Below, in pieces: positions 9,098 to 19,330 of a stretch of 64,000 nt of DNA. The position numbers were made by a program, and so were the translations under genes. Source of the stretch: an uncultured Chloroflexia bacterium (lineage in GTDB: Bacteria; Chloroflexota; Limnocylindria; Limnocylindrales; CSP1-4); NCBI GenBank assembly GCA_963813535.1, contig CAWEZH010000003.1:128001-192000 (forward strand). Direction: 5' to 3'. Each line of letters starts with the position of its first letter. The stretch's first letter is position 1. Under the pieces are notes generated by a model. The model saw only the letters and a list, made by a program, of their open reading frames with translations, was not told the origin of the DNA and made no database searches.

Positions 9098-11053
9098 TCA
9101 CACGCGCTCCGGCTTGCCCGCGACCCACGCCAGGACGTCCGCGCGGGAACGCGTGTTGAGGACATCCCGCGGCTCGACCCACGCGCGACGTGCCTGGGTG
9201 ATGCCCCAGCGCAGGTGGTCGAACTCGGCGATCTTGTGCGCGTCCGAATCGACCGAGAGCGTGCATCCCATCGCGACCGCCCGGCGGGCGCGCTCGACCG
9301 CCAGGTCGAGTCGATGCGGCGAGCCGTTCATCTCGAGCACCGTTCCCGTCCGCGCCGCCTCCCCGTACACCGCATCCCAGTCGAGATCGAGATCGTCGCG
9401 GCCGCCGATCATCCTCCCGGACGGATGGGCGATCACGTCGACATGGTGGTTGCGGATGCCATTGAGTGTCCGGCGCGTCAGCTCGGCCTTCGATTGGCGG
9501 CGCGATACGTGCACGGAGGCGACCACCAGGTCGAACCGCGCGAGCAGCTCGTCGGGGTAGTCGAGCTCGCCGTCGGCACGGATCTCGAGCTCGCATCCGT
9601 GCAGCAGCCGGAACCCCTCCGGCGGGGTCTCGGGTGGCGCGGTGCCCTCGGCCTCCTCGCGTGCGTAGCGCGCGTTCAGTTCGGCGATGATCGTCCGCTG
9701 CTCCTCGACCTGCGCGGGCGTCAGACCGCGCGCGATGGCGAGCGACTGGCTGTGATCGGTCAGCACCTGGTAGGCGTGCCCGCGCCGACGTGCCGCCTCC
9801 GCCATCTGCTCGATCGTGTGGGTGCCGTCCGACCAGTCGGAATGGCTGTGCAGGTCGCCGGTGAGATCGTCGAGGCTGATGAGCCGCGGGAGCCGGCCGG
9901 CGAGCGCCGCCTCGATCTCGCCCTCGTCCTCGCGCAGCTCCGGCTCGATGTAGGGCAGACCCAAAAAGGCGTATGCCTCCTCCTCGGTCGCGAAGGTCCT
10001 GAGCTCGGCGTCGTCGCCGGTGATGGGCTGGCCGTCCCCGTCGATGCGCAGGAAACCCTTCTCGGACAGGCTCCAACCCTGGTCGCGGGCGCGCTCGCGA
10101 AGGCGGACGTTGTGTTCCTTCGATCCGGTGAAGTGGATGCGGTACGTGCCCGCGGCGCCGGGCGGCATGACCATCAGGTCGACCTGCGGACCGCGGAAGA
10201 TCTTCACCGCGGCCTTGTAGCCGCCCTTGTTGAGCACCTGGTCGACCAGGCCGAACGTCGTAAATCGCTCGATGAGACCGGGGCCATCATCGGTCTCGGC
10301 CAGGAGGTCGAGGTCGCCGATCGAGTCGCGGCGGCGGCGGAACGACCCGGCCGGCTCGATGGATGTGACGCCGGGTGTGTCCGTGAGGGCCTCGATGATG
10401 CCGAGGATCGTCGCCTCGGCCCGGTGCAGGTGCATGCGGCGCGGGGTGCTCTCGAGGCGGCGGATGCCCTCGAGGATCAGCTGCTCGGTCCGCTCGCTCA
10501 GCCCACGCAGGCCGCGGATGGTGCCCGCCTCGGCAGCCGTGCGCAGGTCCTCGACCGAGAGGATCCCGAGCTCGAGCCAGATCTGGCGGACCGTCTTCGG
10601 CCCGAGGCCCGGGATACGGAGCAGCTCGACGAGGCTCGGTGGCACCTCGGCGATGAGCTTGTCGTAGTAGGCCATCCGGCCGGTGGTGGCGATCTCCTTG
10701 ATCTTGTCGCTGATCGCCGGCCCGACCCCCGGGATCTTGGGGACGTCGCCGTCGCGGTAGGCTGCGACCAGGTCGACCGGGCTCCGGCCGATCGCATCGG
10801 CGGCCCGGTGATAGGCGACCGTCTTGAACGACAGCTCGCCCTTGACCTCGAGCATGTCGCCGATCTCGTGGAAGATCCGGGCGAGGTCGCCATTGGACAG
10901 GTCGCGCTCGGCGCGTTCCTCATCGTCGCGGAGGTCGGCGTCGGCCGGCGCGAGGTCGGGATCGCTTGGAGCGGTTGGGGGCTCCTCCGCGTCGAGCTCG
11001 ACCTCCGGGCGGGCATCGGGCGGCGGATCGGTGCGGGCGACGCGTCGCGGCAT
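9098..11053 (-). CDS. polX: DNA polymerase X / PHP exonuclease
   Basis: HhH motifs IPGVG and IPGLGPK, AGSFRR, GDLDLL, VDL, HFTGSKEHNVRLR and YIEPELRE. PHP motifs DLHSHSDWSDG, TDHS, AHPSGR and DSDAH. Confidence 0.95.
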   Translation of the reverse strand: MPRRVARTDPPPDARPEVELDAEEPPTAPSDPDLAPADADLRDDEERAERDLSNGDLARIFHEIGDMLEVKGELSFKTVAYHRAADAIGRSPVDLVAAYRDGDVPKIPGVGPAISDKIKEIATTGRMAYYDKLIAEVPPSLVELLRIPGLGPKTVRQIWLELGILSVEDLRTAAEAGTIRGLRGLSERTEQLILEGIRRLESTPRRMHLHRAEATILGIIEALTDTPGVTSIEPAGSFRRRRDSIGDLDLLAETDDGPGLIERFTTFGLVDQVLNKGGYKAAVKIFRGPQVDLMVMPPGAAGTYRIHFTGSKEHNVRLRERARDQGWSLSEKGFLRIDGDGQPITGDDAELRTFATEEEAYAFLGLPYIEPELREDEGEIEAALAGRLPRLISLDDLTGDLHSHSDWSDGTHTIEQMAEAARRRGHAYQVLTDHSQSLAIARGLTPAQVEEQRTIIAELNARYAREEAEGTAPPETPPEGFRLLHGCELEIRADGELDYPDELLARFDLVVASVHVSRRQSKAELTRRTLNGIRNHHVDVIAHPSGRMIGGRDDLDLDWDAVYGEAARTGTVLEMNGSPHRLDLAVERARRAVAMGCTLSVDSDAHKIAEFDHLRWGITQARRAWVEPRDVLNTRSRADVLAWVAGKPERV

Positions 11054-11088
11054 GGCCGCGATGGTACGCGGGTCGGCGGCCGGAGCCG

Positions 11089-12295
11089 CTACGCGGCGAC
11101 CACCCGATCGCGACCGCGGCGCTTCGCGCTGTACAGGGCCCGGTCGGCGATCTCGATCAACGACCCGACGTCCTCGTGCGGGTCGTTCGCGACGGCGACG
11201 CCGATCGAGACGCTCACCGGCGGGACGCCGTACGGTCGCAGGTCGAGCCCGCGGACGGCGGCCCGGATCCGTTCACCGACCTCGACCGCGACCCCCGGGC
11301 CGGGGTTCCGGAGCAGCACGACGAATTCCTCCCCGCCGAACCGTGCCGGGACATCGTCCTCGCGGACGGCCGAGACGATCGCCGAGGCCACGCCGCGCAG
11401 CACTTCGTCGCCAGTCGCATGGCCATGCTTGTCGTTGAGCAGCTTGAACTTGTCGATATCGACCATCAGGATCCCGACCGCGTCGCCGGCGCGGCGGCGC
11501 TGGGCCAGCAACCCTACGAATTCGTCGAAGTAGCGACGGTTCGGGAGACCGGTCAGCGGGTCGGTCGATGCCTGCGCCTCGGCAGCCCGGTGCGACAACA
11601 CGCGGGCGAGCGCGGCCGATGCCTCGACCGTGGCACCGTTGAGGATCCGCCGCGTCGATTCGGGCCAGTCCGTGCCGGCCCGCCGCGACACCACGATCGC
11701 CCCGACCACACCCTCGGCGGTCACCAGCGGGGTCGCGATGACCTGTCCGAGCCCGTAGACGGCACGCACCCGATGGGCGATCCGATCGGCGATCTCCGGC
11801 GGCGTCGCCGGGCGACCCCGGACGGCGTCCTCGAGGTCACCGAGCGGGAGCGGCGTCGAGTGGGTCGGGATCCCCGGGCGGATGCTGACGAGGTGGGCGG
11901 CGAGCGACCGCCCCGACTCGTCACGCCGGACCACCACGACATGGTCGGCAGCGGTGGCCTGCCCGAGCTCCTCGGCGATGGCATCCACGATGGCGTCGGG
12001 TGAGATGGAGCGCGACAGCCCGCTCAGGATCCGCGCGAACGACTCCGCTTCGCCACGGCGCCGGGCGTCCAGCTCGGCGACGGCCGAGCCGTGGACGACG
12101 GCGGCCGAACCGGCCACCAGCACGACGACGAGCAACGCGCGGTCGGCGAGGGACGCATCGGGCCCCAGCGCATGCAGCAGGACGACCAACGCGACCAGGA
12201 GGAATGCGCCGGAGAAGATCCACCAGGACCGGCGGATCCGGCGATCCGACGGATCCAACGAGTGCGCAATGGTGCGCGAGGGGGATCGTGTCACG
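11089..12295 (-). CDS. Membrane-bound GAF-GGDEF diguanylate cyclase
   Basis: Two TM helices, a GAF-like region, TDPLTGLPNRR, DIDKFKLLNDKHGHATGD and RFGGEEF with RxxD I-site. The start is approximate. Confidence 0.9.
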
Positions 12296-12352
12296 TCGGG
12301 AATACAGGATGCGGCTCGCGAGGCTCGCCGTCCACTACGCCGCGCCGCCATC

Positions 12353-12374
12353 AGTACTAGTCGCCGGTAGTACT
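12353..12374. promoter_or_regulatory. Candidate transcription-factor operator
   Basis: AT-rich inverted repeat AGTACTA-N8-TAGTACT upstream of the diguanylate cyclase. Confidence 0.4.
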
Positions 12375-12450
12375 TCCGTCCTGTTCGTGGAAACCGCGTG
12401 GACATCGCCCGGGGGCGGCATTCGCCCTGTCCACATCCTGCGCCGGGAGG

Positions 12451-14649
12451 TCAGGCGGCGGCGCCGTCCGATCCGGCGGCGGTCTCTGGCCCGACGGCGC
12501 GTCCGGGCCGGCCGTCGCGCTTCACCTGGTACAGGGCGCGGTCGGCGCTCGCGATGAGCTCGGTGGCGGTGCGGCCATCGGCCGGGAACGTCGCGGCGCC
12601 GATGGACGCGGAGATCGGCACGGGACCACGCTGCTCGCCGATGAAGGGCTGGTCGCGGAACGCATCGCGGATCCGCTCGGCCGCGCGCTCCGCCTCCTCG
12701 GCGTCGGTCTCGGGCAGGATCACCGCGAACTCATCGCCACCGTAGCGGGCGGGCACGTCCGAGGCTCGCAGGGTGGCCCGGATCAGCTCGGCCGCCCACG
12801 TCAGGACCCGGTCCCCGAACAGGTGACCGAACGTGTCGTTGACGAGCTTGAAGTCGTCGAGGTCGAGCATCAGCACGCTCAGCGGTCGCTTGTTGCGCTG
12901 GGCACGCACGACCTCTTCCCCCATCCGCTCGTGCAGGAAACGGTGGTTGAAGAAGCCGGTCAGCGGGTCGCGGTCGGCGCGCCTGCGGGCATCCTCGTAG
13001 AGGCGCGCGTTCTCGAGCGCCATCGCCGCCTCATTGGCCATCGTCCGCGCCACTTCGAGCTGCTGGGCGTCCCAGCGGACCGCCGTCCTCGAGAACAGCT
13101 CGACCAGGCCGATCGCCTGGCCCTTGGCGACGAGTGGCAGCATCACGAGCATGCGGATCCCGTCGCGGCGCAGGAGCATGACCTCGGCCGGATCCGCCAT
13201 CGGATCCTCGGCATCGACGATGACGGTCACGCCGCGCTCGAGGACGCGCATCGTCTCGGGGAAGCCGGCGACCTCGAAGTAGGGCTCCATCTCCTCGAGG
13301 CGGAGGGTCGGGAAGTAGCCGAGCGACTCGACCCGACCCGACGCTCGGTCCCAGTAGCTGATGGCACACTCGTCGACGCCCATCGCCCGCGCGAGATGGC
13401 CGGCCATCAGGTTGGCGACCTGACGCGGGTCGAGGCTCTCGGACAGCTCGCCGCTCATGTCGAGCAGGCGCCGAAGCTCGCGCGCCAAGTCCTGGCTGCG
13501 GGTCAGCAGGCGGGCCGTCTCGAGCGCCGTGGCGGCATGATCGGCGAGGATCGTCAGCAGTCGCTGGTCGTCGACCTCGAAGCCGTCGAGCCCGAGCTTC
13601 GAGAGCGCGATCACGCCTACGGTGGCCGCGTCGTAGCGCATCGGGACGACCAGCATCGATTCGTCGATGTCATCGGTGCCGGCGATCGTCACGCCGCGGG
13701 GATCGCTGTTCGCGTCATCGATGAGGAGCGGCTCGCCGTGCTGGGCGACCCAGCCGGTGAACCCCTCGCCGAGGCGCGTCCGAAGCAGGTCGAGATCGAC
13801 CTGCTCATAGGCACCCACCCGGCCCTCGAAGGCGATCGGCACGACCTGGTCGGGTGGCTCGATCAGGTAGACCCGGGCGTTGTGATAGTCGATGATCCGG
13901 CGCGTCTCCTCGACCAGCGCCCGGCCGACGGCTTCGACCGAGGTGGCCCGGCTGAGCCGGCCGGACGCTGCCTGCAGGACCGCGAGCTGGGCGGCCGTCG
14001 CCTCGGTCTGCTCGAAGAGCTCCGCGTTCGTGAGCGCGATGCCGGCGTGCGTCGCAAGGGTCGTGATGAACGCGACATCGCCATCGGTCCACTCGCGCGG
14101 TTCGCGCGTGCATGCGGACAGCGCGCCGATCACCCGGTCGTGATGGGTCAGCGGCGCGACGAGGTCGCCGGCGAACTCCACGATGCCCTCATACCGCTCG
14201 ATCCCGGAGCCGGCGTCGGTCCGGGCGTCGGTCCAGGCCCTGGTGTGACCGGTCCGCAGGACCTCCTCGACCCACCCGTCCTCGACGCCGAGGACCGGCA
14301 ATGTGGCGGCCATGTCGTCGTCGATCCCGGCCCACGCCGCCAGGTGAAGGTGCTCGTCCCGCAGCAGGCGGATCGTGACGAAGTCGACGCGCAGCGCCCG
14401 CTTCGTCTCATCGACGATCATGCGGAACAATTCCTGTCGATCGTGCGAGGCGGCCAGCTTCCCGGCGATGCCGAGAACGCTGTCGAGGCGCTCGGCGAAC
14501 TCGGACTCGAGGCCGCTGCGAGCGTCGGGGGGTGTCCCTGGGTCAGTGTCATCCGGAAGCAGGCGCCGAAACACGGCCGGCCTCGGGGGGCGGGAACCCG
14601 GTCCGGGGCGCGAACCAGCAGCAACGCGGGGTCGCACACGCGCGGTCAT
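12451..14649 (-). CDS. Triple-GAF diguanylate cyclase
   Basis: Three GAF domains ending in ALTNAELF, ALETARLL and ALENARLY, then DPLTGFFNHR and RYGGDEF with RxxD. Confidence 0.92.
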   Translation of the reverse strand: MTARVRPRVAAGSRPGPGSRPPRPAVFRRLLPDDTDPGTPPDARSGLESEFAERLDSVLGIAGKLAASHDRQELFRMIVDETKRALRVDFVTIRLLRDEHLHLAAWAGIDDDMAATLPVLGVEDGWVEEVLRTGHTRAWTDARTDAGSGIERYEGIVEFAGDLVAPLTHHDRVIGALSACTREPREWTDGDVAFITTLATHAGIALTNAELFEQTEATAAQLAVLQAASGRLSRATSVEAVGRALVEETRRIIDYHNARVYLIEPPDQVVPIAFEGRVGAYEQVDLDLLRTRLGEGFTGWVAQHGEPLLIDDANSDPRGVTIAGTDDIDESMLVVPMRYDAATVGVIALSKLGLDGFEVDDQRLLTILADHAATALETARLLTRSQDLARELRRLLDMSGELSESLDPRQVANLMAGHLARAMGVDECAISYWDRASGRVESLGYFPTLRLEEMEPYFEVAGFPETMRVLERGVTVIVDAEDPMADPAEVMLLRRDGIRMLVMLPLVAKGQAIGLVELFSRTAVRWDAQQLEVARTMANEAAMALENARLYEDARRRADRDPLTGFFNHRFLHERMGEEVVRAQRNKRPLSVLMLDLDDFKLVNDTFGHLFGDRVLTWAAELIRATLRASDVPARYGGDEFAVILPETDAEEAERAAERIRDAFRDQPFIGEQRGPVPISASIGAATFPADGRTATELIASADRALYQVKRDGRPGRAVGPETAAGSDGAAA

Positions 14650-14789
14650 CGCCCAGATGGTCCCATCGAGCGTGCGGGCGAGGCCCTCGCCAGCGGTACC
14701 GGGTACGGTCGGAGGTGGTCCTAGGTCGTTCGCCCTACAAGGTCCGTGGTGGCGACCCGGCGACGACCGGTGTCGGGCGGTCGAGACCG

Positions 14790-15539
14790 CTACATCATCA
14801 CGAGGCCGCCGTCGACGGCCAGCACCTGCCCTGTGATGTACCCCGCCTCGTCGGAGACCAGGAACGCGACCGCATCGGCGACCTCTTCGGTCGTCCCGAA
14901 TCGCCCGAGCGGCGTCCGGGCAGTGATCTCGTTCTGCAGGCTCTCCGGCAGGTCCTGCGTGAGCTCGGTCAGCACGAACCCCGGCGCGACCGCGTTCACG
15001 GTGATCCCGCGCGATGCGAGCTCACGGGCCGTCGCCTTGGTCAACCCGATGAGGCCCGCCTTGGCCGAGGAGTAGTTGGCCTGACCCATCTGGCCGGCCT
15101 GCCCCGACACGGACGTGATGTTGATGATCCGTCCGGCGCGGGCCTTGAGCATCGGCCGGGTGACGGCCTTGGTCATCCAGAACGCCCCGAACAGGTTCGT
15201 CTCGAGGACGTCGCGCCAGGCATCCTCGCTCATCCGCATGATCAGGTCGTCGCGGGTGATGCCCGCGTTGTTCACGAGGATGTCGACCTTGCCGAAGGCA
15301 TCGAGCGCGGCTTTCACGACCGCCTCGGCGGACTCGGGGTCTTTCACGTCGCCCTGGATCGCCAGGGCCTTGGTGCCGATCGACTCGATCTCGGCCGCCG
15401 TGGCCTTGGCGGCGTCCGCATTGCCCCGATAGCTGAATGCGACGTCCGCACCCTGGCGAGCGAGCCGCAGCCCGATGGCCTTGCCGATGCCACGTCCGCC
15501 ACCGGTCACGAGCGCGGCCTTGCCGGTCAGGTCGATCAT
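14790..15539 (-). CDS. fabG: 3-oxoacyl-ACP reductase
   Basis: TGGGRGIG, NNAGITRD, NYSSAKAG and VNAVAPGFV. The true start is MIDLTGK. Confidence 0.95.
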   Translation of the reverse strand: MIDLTGKAALVTGGGRGIGKAIGLRLARQGADVAFSYRGNADAAKATAAEIESIGTKALAIQGDVKDPESAEAVVKAALDAFGKVDILVNNAGITRDDLIMRMSEDAWRDVLETNLFGAFWMTKAVTRPMLKARAGRIINITSVSGQAGQMGQANYSSAKAGLIGLTKATARELASRGITVNAVAPGFVLTELTQDLPESLQNEITARTPLGRFGTTEEVADAVAFLVSDEAGYITGQVLAVDGGLVMM

Positions 15540-16735
15540 CCCGGGACCTCCGAGTGGGCGCGTTCCGGTTCGCCCGGAACGACGTCGTCGAGCGGCACGT
15601 CGACCGGTCCCGGCCGGGCGAGCAGCTCGACCAGTGCCGGCGGGATCGGGTCGACCGAATCCCAGTCGACCGGGAGGCGTACCTGGACGTCGTCGGGATC
15701 GACCGCGGCATCCCCGACGACGCCACGTGCCGGGTCGGCGGTCCACTGGACCGTGACGGCGCCCGAGGTGAACCCGGCACCGAACGCGACCATCACGATC
15801 CGGTCGCCGACCTTGACCCGACCCTCGTTGACCGCCTCCGCCAGGGCGATCGGCACGGATGCCGCCGAGGTGTTGCCATACCGGTCGAGGTTCACGTACA
15901 TCTTGTCCATCGGCAGGTCGAGACCCTTGGCCACGGCCTCGACGATGCGGATGTTGGCCTGGTGCGGGATGAACAGGTCGATGTCGGACGCGTCGAGCCC
16001 GGACTTGCGGACCGACTCGAGGGCCGTGGTCGCCATCGTCTTGGTCGCGAAGCGGTACGTCTCCTTGCCCTCCATCCGGATGAAGTGCTCGCCGCGGGCG
16101 ATCGTCTCGGCCGATGGCGGGCTCTTGGCACCGCCGGCCGGCAGCCAGATCATGTAGGCGCCCTGCGGCGCCGTCGTGAGCTCGATCCCGAGCGCGCCAC
16201 CCGGCTCGTCGCTCGCCGACAGCACCACCGCTCCGGCCCCATCGCCGAAGAGGATGCAGGTGCTGCGGTCCGTGTAGTCGAGGAACCGGGTCAGCAGCTC
16301 CGCGCCGATCACCAGGACGTGCCGGGCGATACCGCTCGTGATGTACGCCTGCGCGGTGGCGAACGCATAGACGAAGCCCGAGCAGGCCGCGGCGATGTCC
16401 ATCGCCGCCGCCTTGCTGTTGCCGATCGCCTCCTTGACGAGGGCCGCGGTGGACGGCATCCAGTAGTCCGGCGTGAGCGTCGCCAGCAGGATGAGGTCGA
16501 TGTCGTCGGGGTCGATGCCCGCCGTGCGGATCGCCCGGAGGGAGGCCACCGCCGCCATGGATGCGGTCGTCTCGTGGGCGGCCGCGACGCGTCGTTCGCG
16601 GATGCCGGTCCGCGACACGATCCACTCGTCGGAGGTGTCCACCATCCGTTCGAGGTCCTTGTTCGTCAGCACGCCCTCGGGCGCGTAGCGTCCCCAGCCC
16701 GTGACGTGGGCGCGAGGTCGCGCCATGTCGCTCAT
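15536..16735 (-). CDS. fabH: Beta-ketoacyl-ACP synthase III
   Basis: TSDEWIVSRTGIRERR, AACSGF, FGDGAGA, PHQANIRI and GNTSAAS. Confidence 0.95.
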   Translation of the reverse strand: MSDMARPRAHVTGWGRYAPEGVLTNKDLERMVDTSDEWIVSRTGIRERRVAAAHETTASMAAVASLRAIRTAGIDPDDIDLILLATLTPDYWMPSTAALVKEAIGNSKAAAMDIAAACSGFVYAFATAQAYITSGIARHVLVIGAELLTRFLDYTDRSTCILFGDGAGAVVLSASDEPGGALGIELTTAPQGAYMIWLPAGGAKSPPSAETIARGEHFIRMEGKETYRFATKTMATTALESVRKSGLDASDIDLFIPHQANIRIVEAVAKGLDLPMDKMYVNLDRYGNTSAASVPIALAEAVNEGRVKVGDRIVMVAFGAGFTSGAVTVQWTADPARGVVGDAAVDPDDVQVRLPVDWDSVDPIPPALVELLARPGPVDVPLDDVVPGEPERAHSEVPG

Positions 16736-17346
16736 AGCGGCTCGACCTCGATGAGCGGCTGCTTGGCCTTGACGAGCGTGCCGCTCTCGGCGACGACCCG
16801 GACGACGCGGCCCGCGAGGTCCGACTTGATCTCGTTGAACAGCTTCATCGCCTCGATCAGCCCGATGATCTGGCCGACGGCCACCTCACCGCCGACCGAC
16901 ACGTACGGCGCCGACCCCGGCGCCGGCGAGGCGTAGAAGATCCCGGTGAGGGGGGCCTTGATGGACGGCTTGGCGGCCGGCGTCGGGTCGCGACCCGCGC
17001 CCGAGGCGTCCGCGGTCGTCGGTGCCGTGATCGTCGCGGCCGGCGAAGACGCCGCCACGCTCGCGACGGTGATCGGCGACAGGGCCGACGGCTTGCGCAG
17101 CACCAGTCCGGTGCCACCCGACTCGACCTCCAGCTCGGTCAGGTCCGAGCGGTCGAGCAGCGACGCCAGCCGGTCGATGAGGCGGAGCAGCTCGACGTCG
17201 CCGCCATCACTCGGCGGCGTCGGCGGGTCGGCGGCCTCGATCGCCGCCGCGGCCACGTCCGTGGTGGTCGCCAGGACGTCATCGGCGGGAAGGTCGCCGC
17301 CCTGCCCCACGCCCGCCGGCTCGAGGTCGTCGGTCATGCGTCCCAC
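16732..17346 (-). CDS. accB: Acetyl-CoA carboxylase biotin carboxyl carrier protein
   Basis: IKAPLTGIFY and EAMKLFNEI, with the biotinylated Lys present. Confidence 0.93.
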   Translation of the reverse strand: MGRMTDDLEPAGVGQGGDLPADDVLATTTDVAAAAIEAADPPTPPSDGGDVELLRLIDRLASLLDRSDLTELEVESGGTGLVLRKPSALSPITVASVAASSPAATITAPTTADASGAGRDPTPAAKPSIKAPLTGIFYASPAPGSAPYVSVGGEVAVGQIIGLIEAMKLFNEIKSDLAGRVVRVVAESGTLVKAKQPLIEVEPL

Positions 17347-18587
17347 CGCCGAAAGACGAGGGCCGTGTTCTGGCCACCGAACCCGAACGAATTCGAGAGC
17401 ACCACCCGGACATCGTGCCGTGCAGCCGTACCCGACACGATCGTCGTGCCCTCGGCTTCGGGGTCGGGCTGCTCGAGATTGAGCGTCGGGGGGATGCAGG
17501 ACTCGCGGATGGTCATGACCGAGGCGATCGACTCGATGGCGCCCGCAGCCCCCAGGGTGTGCCCGATCATCGACTTGTTGGCCGTGATCGGGACCGACGC
17601 CGCGTGCTCGCCGAGGATCGTCTTGATGGCCTGGAGCTCGGCCTTGTCACCCTCCGGCGTCGAGGTCGCATGGGCGTTGACGTGGTCGACCTCGTCCGGA
17701 CCGAGCCCGGCCTTCTCGAGCGCTCGGCGGGCGGCTCGGACGGCGCCGATCCCGCCCGGGGCCGGCAGCGTGATGTGCGAGGCATCGGCGGTCGCGCCAT
17801 AGCCGACGAGCTCCGCCAGCGGCTCGGCGCCACGGGCCTCGGCATGTGACAGCTCCTCGAGCACGAGCACACCCGCTCCTTCGCCGCAGACGAACCCGTC
17901 GCGCTCGGCGTCGAACGGCCGGGACGCGCCCTCGGGGTCGTCGTTGCGCGTCGACAGGGCGCGCATCGCGGCGAAGCCCCCGACGAGGGCCTCGTAGATA
18001 CCCGCCTCCGCGCCACCGGCGAGCATGACGTCGGCGTCATCGCGCCGGATCGTCTCGTACGCCTCGCCGACGGCGTGCCCGCCGGTCGCGCAGGCCGACA
18101 CGGTCGCGAAGTTCGGGCCGGTCATGCCGTAGGTGATCGCGATCTGACCCGATCCGACATTCGGGATGCCCATCGGGATGAGGAACGGGCTGATGCGATC
18201 CGGGCCGCGGGTGGCGTTGATCGAGAAGCCGTCGTTCAGCGTCCCGACGCCGCCGAGCCCGGTGCCCAGGATGACCCCGGTGCGCTCGGCGAGCTCGCCC
18301 TCGAGCCGCTCCGGCAGCCCCGCCTGGTCCATCGCCTCGCGAGCGGCCACCAGCCCGAACTGGATGTAGCGATCGGTGCGGCGCTGGTCCTTGCGATCGA
18401 GCACGTGGCTCGCATCGAAGTCGTGGACCTCTCCCGCGACGCGGGACGACAACCGGGACGGATCGAACGCCTCGATGGTCCGGATGCCGGAGCGGCCGTC
18501 GACGAGCCCGGCCCACGAGCTCGGGACGTCGTTGCCGAGCGGCGTCAGCATGCCCATGCCGGTCACCACGACGCGCCGCGGGCTCAT
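17334..18587 (-). CDS. fabF: Beta-ketoacyl-ACP synthase II
   Basis: RRVVVTGMG, SACATG, NAHATST, KSMIGHTLGAAG and SNSFGFGG. Confidence 0.96.
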   Translation of the reverse strand: MSPRRVVVTGMGMLTPLGNDVPSSWAGLVDGRSGIRTIEAFDPSRLSSRVAGEVHDFDASHVLDRKDQRRTDRYIQFGLVAAREAMDQAGLPERLEGELAERTGVILGTGLGGVGTLNDGFSINATRGPDRISPFLIPMGIPNVGSGQIAITYGMTGPNFATVSACATGGHAVGEAYETIRRDDADVMLAGGAEAGIYEALVGGFAAMRALSTRNDDPEGASRPFDAERDGFVCGEGAGVLVLEELSHAEARGAEPLAELVGYGATADASHITLPAPGGIGAVRAARRALEKAGLGPDEVDHVNAHATSTPEGDKAELQAIKTILGEHAASVPITANKSMIGHTLGAAGAIESIASVMTIRESCIPPTLNLEQPDPEAEGTTIVSGTAARHDVRVVLSNSFGFGGQNTALVFRRWDA

Positions 18588-19330
18588 CGGACCAGCTTCC
18601 CCGTGCGGACCGTCGCCGCGCGATAGACGTCGCCGGCGAGGCCGCGCGCCGAGATGGCGTTCGCGACCGCCAGCGTGTCGAACGCCGTCCGCCGGATGTC
18701 GGCGCGGACCTCGCCATCCGTGATGTCGATCAGCGCCCAGGACGCGGTCGGGTCGCCGTCGAACACGTAGCCCGCGGACCCGTCGTTGACGATGACCTTC
18801 CAGCCGAGGTCGCGCACGTCGGGCTGGTGGGTGTGGCCGCAGACGATGACCCGAGCGTCCGTCCGGGCGACCCGCTCGACGGTGACCGACGGGTCGAGGT
18901 CGCGGTCGAGACCCGCGGTCTGCGAGCCCGGCGACGCGTGGCAGACGACGACGAGCGTGTCATCGTCCGTGCGCAGCCTGCGCTCGGCGGGGAGACCGCG
19001 CAGCCACTCGATGCGCTCCTCGCCGAGGGCGTCATGCGCCCACTCGGCGGCATCGACGATGGCGTCCGGGACCCCATCGGTCATCCACGGGAAGGCGGCC
19101 GCGTAATCGAAATCGGCGACCGCGACGTCGGTGTTGCCGCTGGCGATCAGCGTGCCCTCCGCCGCGAGGCCGCGGAGCACATCGACGACCCCGACCGGGT
19201 CCGGACCGTTGAGGACCAGGTCCCCGGCGATCACGACGCGGTCCGGCGCCTGCTGGGCGATATCGGCGAGGACCGCCTCGAGGGCGAGGGCGTTGCCATG
19301 GATGTCGGAGAGGGCCGCGACGCGGGTCAT
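18584..19330 (-). CDS. Calcineurin-like metallophosphoesterase (YfcE-like)
   Basis: SDIHGN, AGDLV, GNTD, CHASP, CGHTH and NDGSAG. Confidence 0.9.
   Translation of the reverse strand: MTRVAALSDIHGNALALEAVLADIAQQAPDRVVIAGDLVLNGPDPVGVVDVLRGLAAEGTLIASGNTDVAVADFDYAAAFPWMTDGVPDAIVDAAEWAHDALGEERIEWLRGLPAERRLRTDDDTLVVVCHASPGSQTAGLDRDLDPSVTVERVARTDARVIVCGHTHQPDVRDLGWKVIVNDGSAGYVFDGDPTASWALIDITDGEVRADIRRTAFDTLAVANAISARGLAGDVYRAATVRTGKLVR

Noticed and set aside
12325-12436. DnaA-box-like words (CTGTCCACA and degenerate copies) suggesting oriC
   Set aside because: There is only one near match, no AT-rich unwinding element and no dnaA/dnaN context. A hairpin explains it better.
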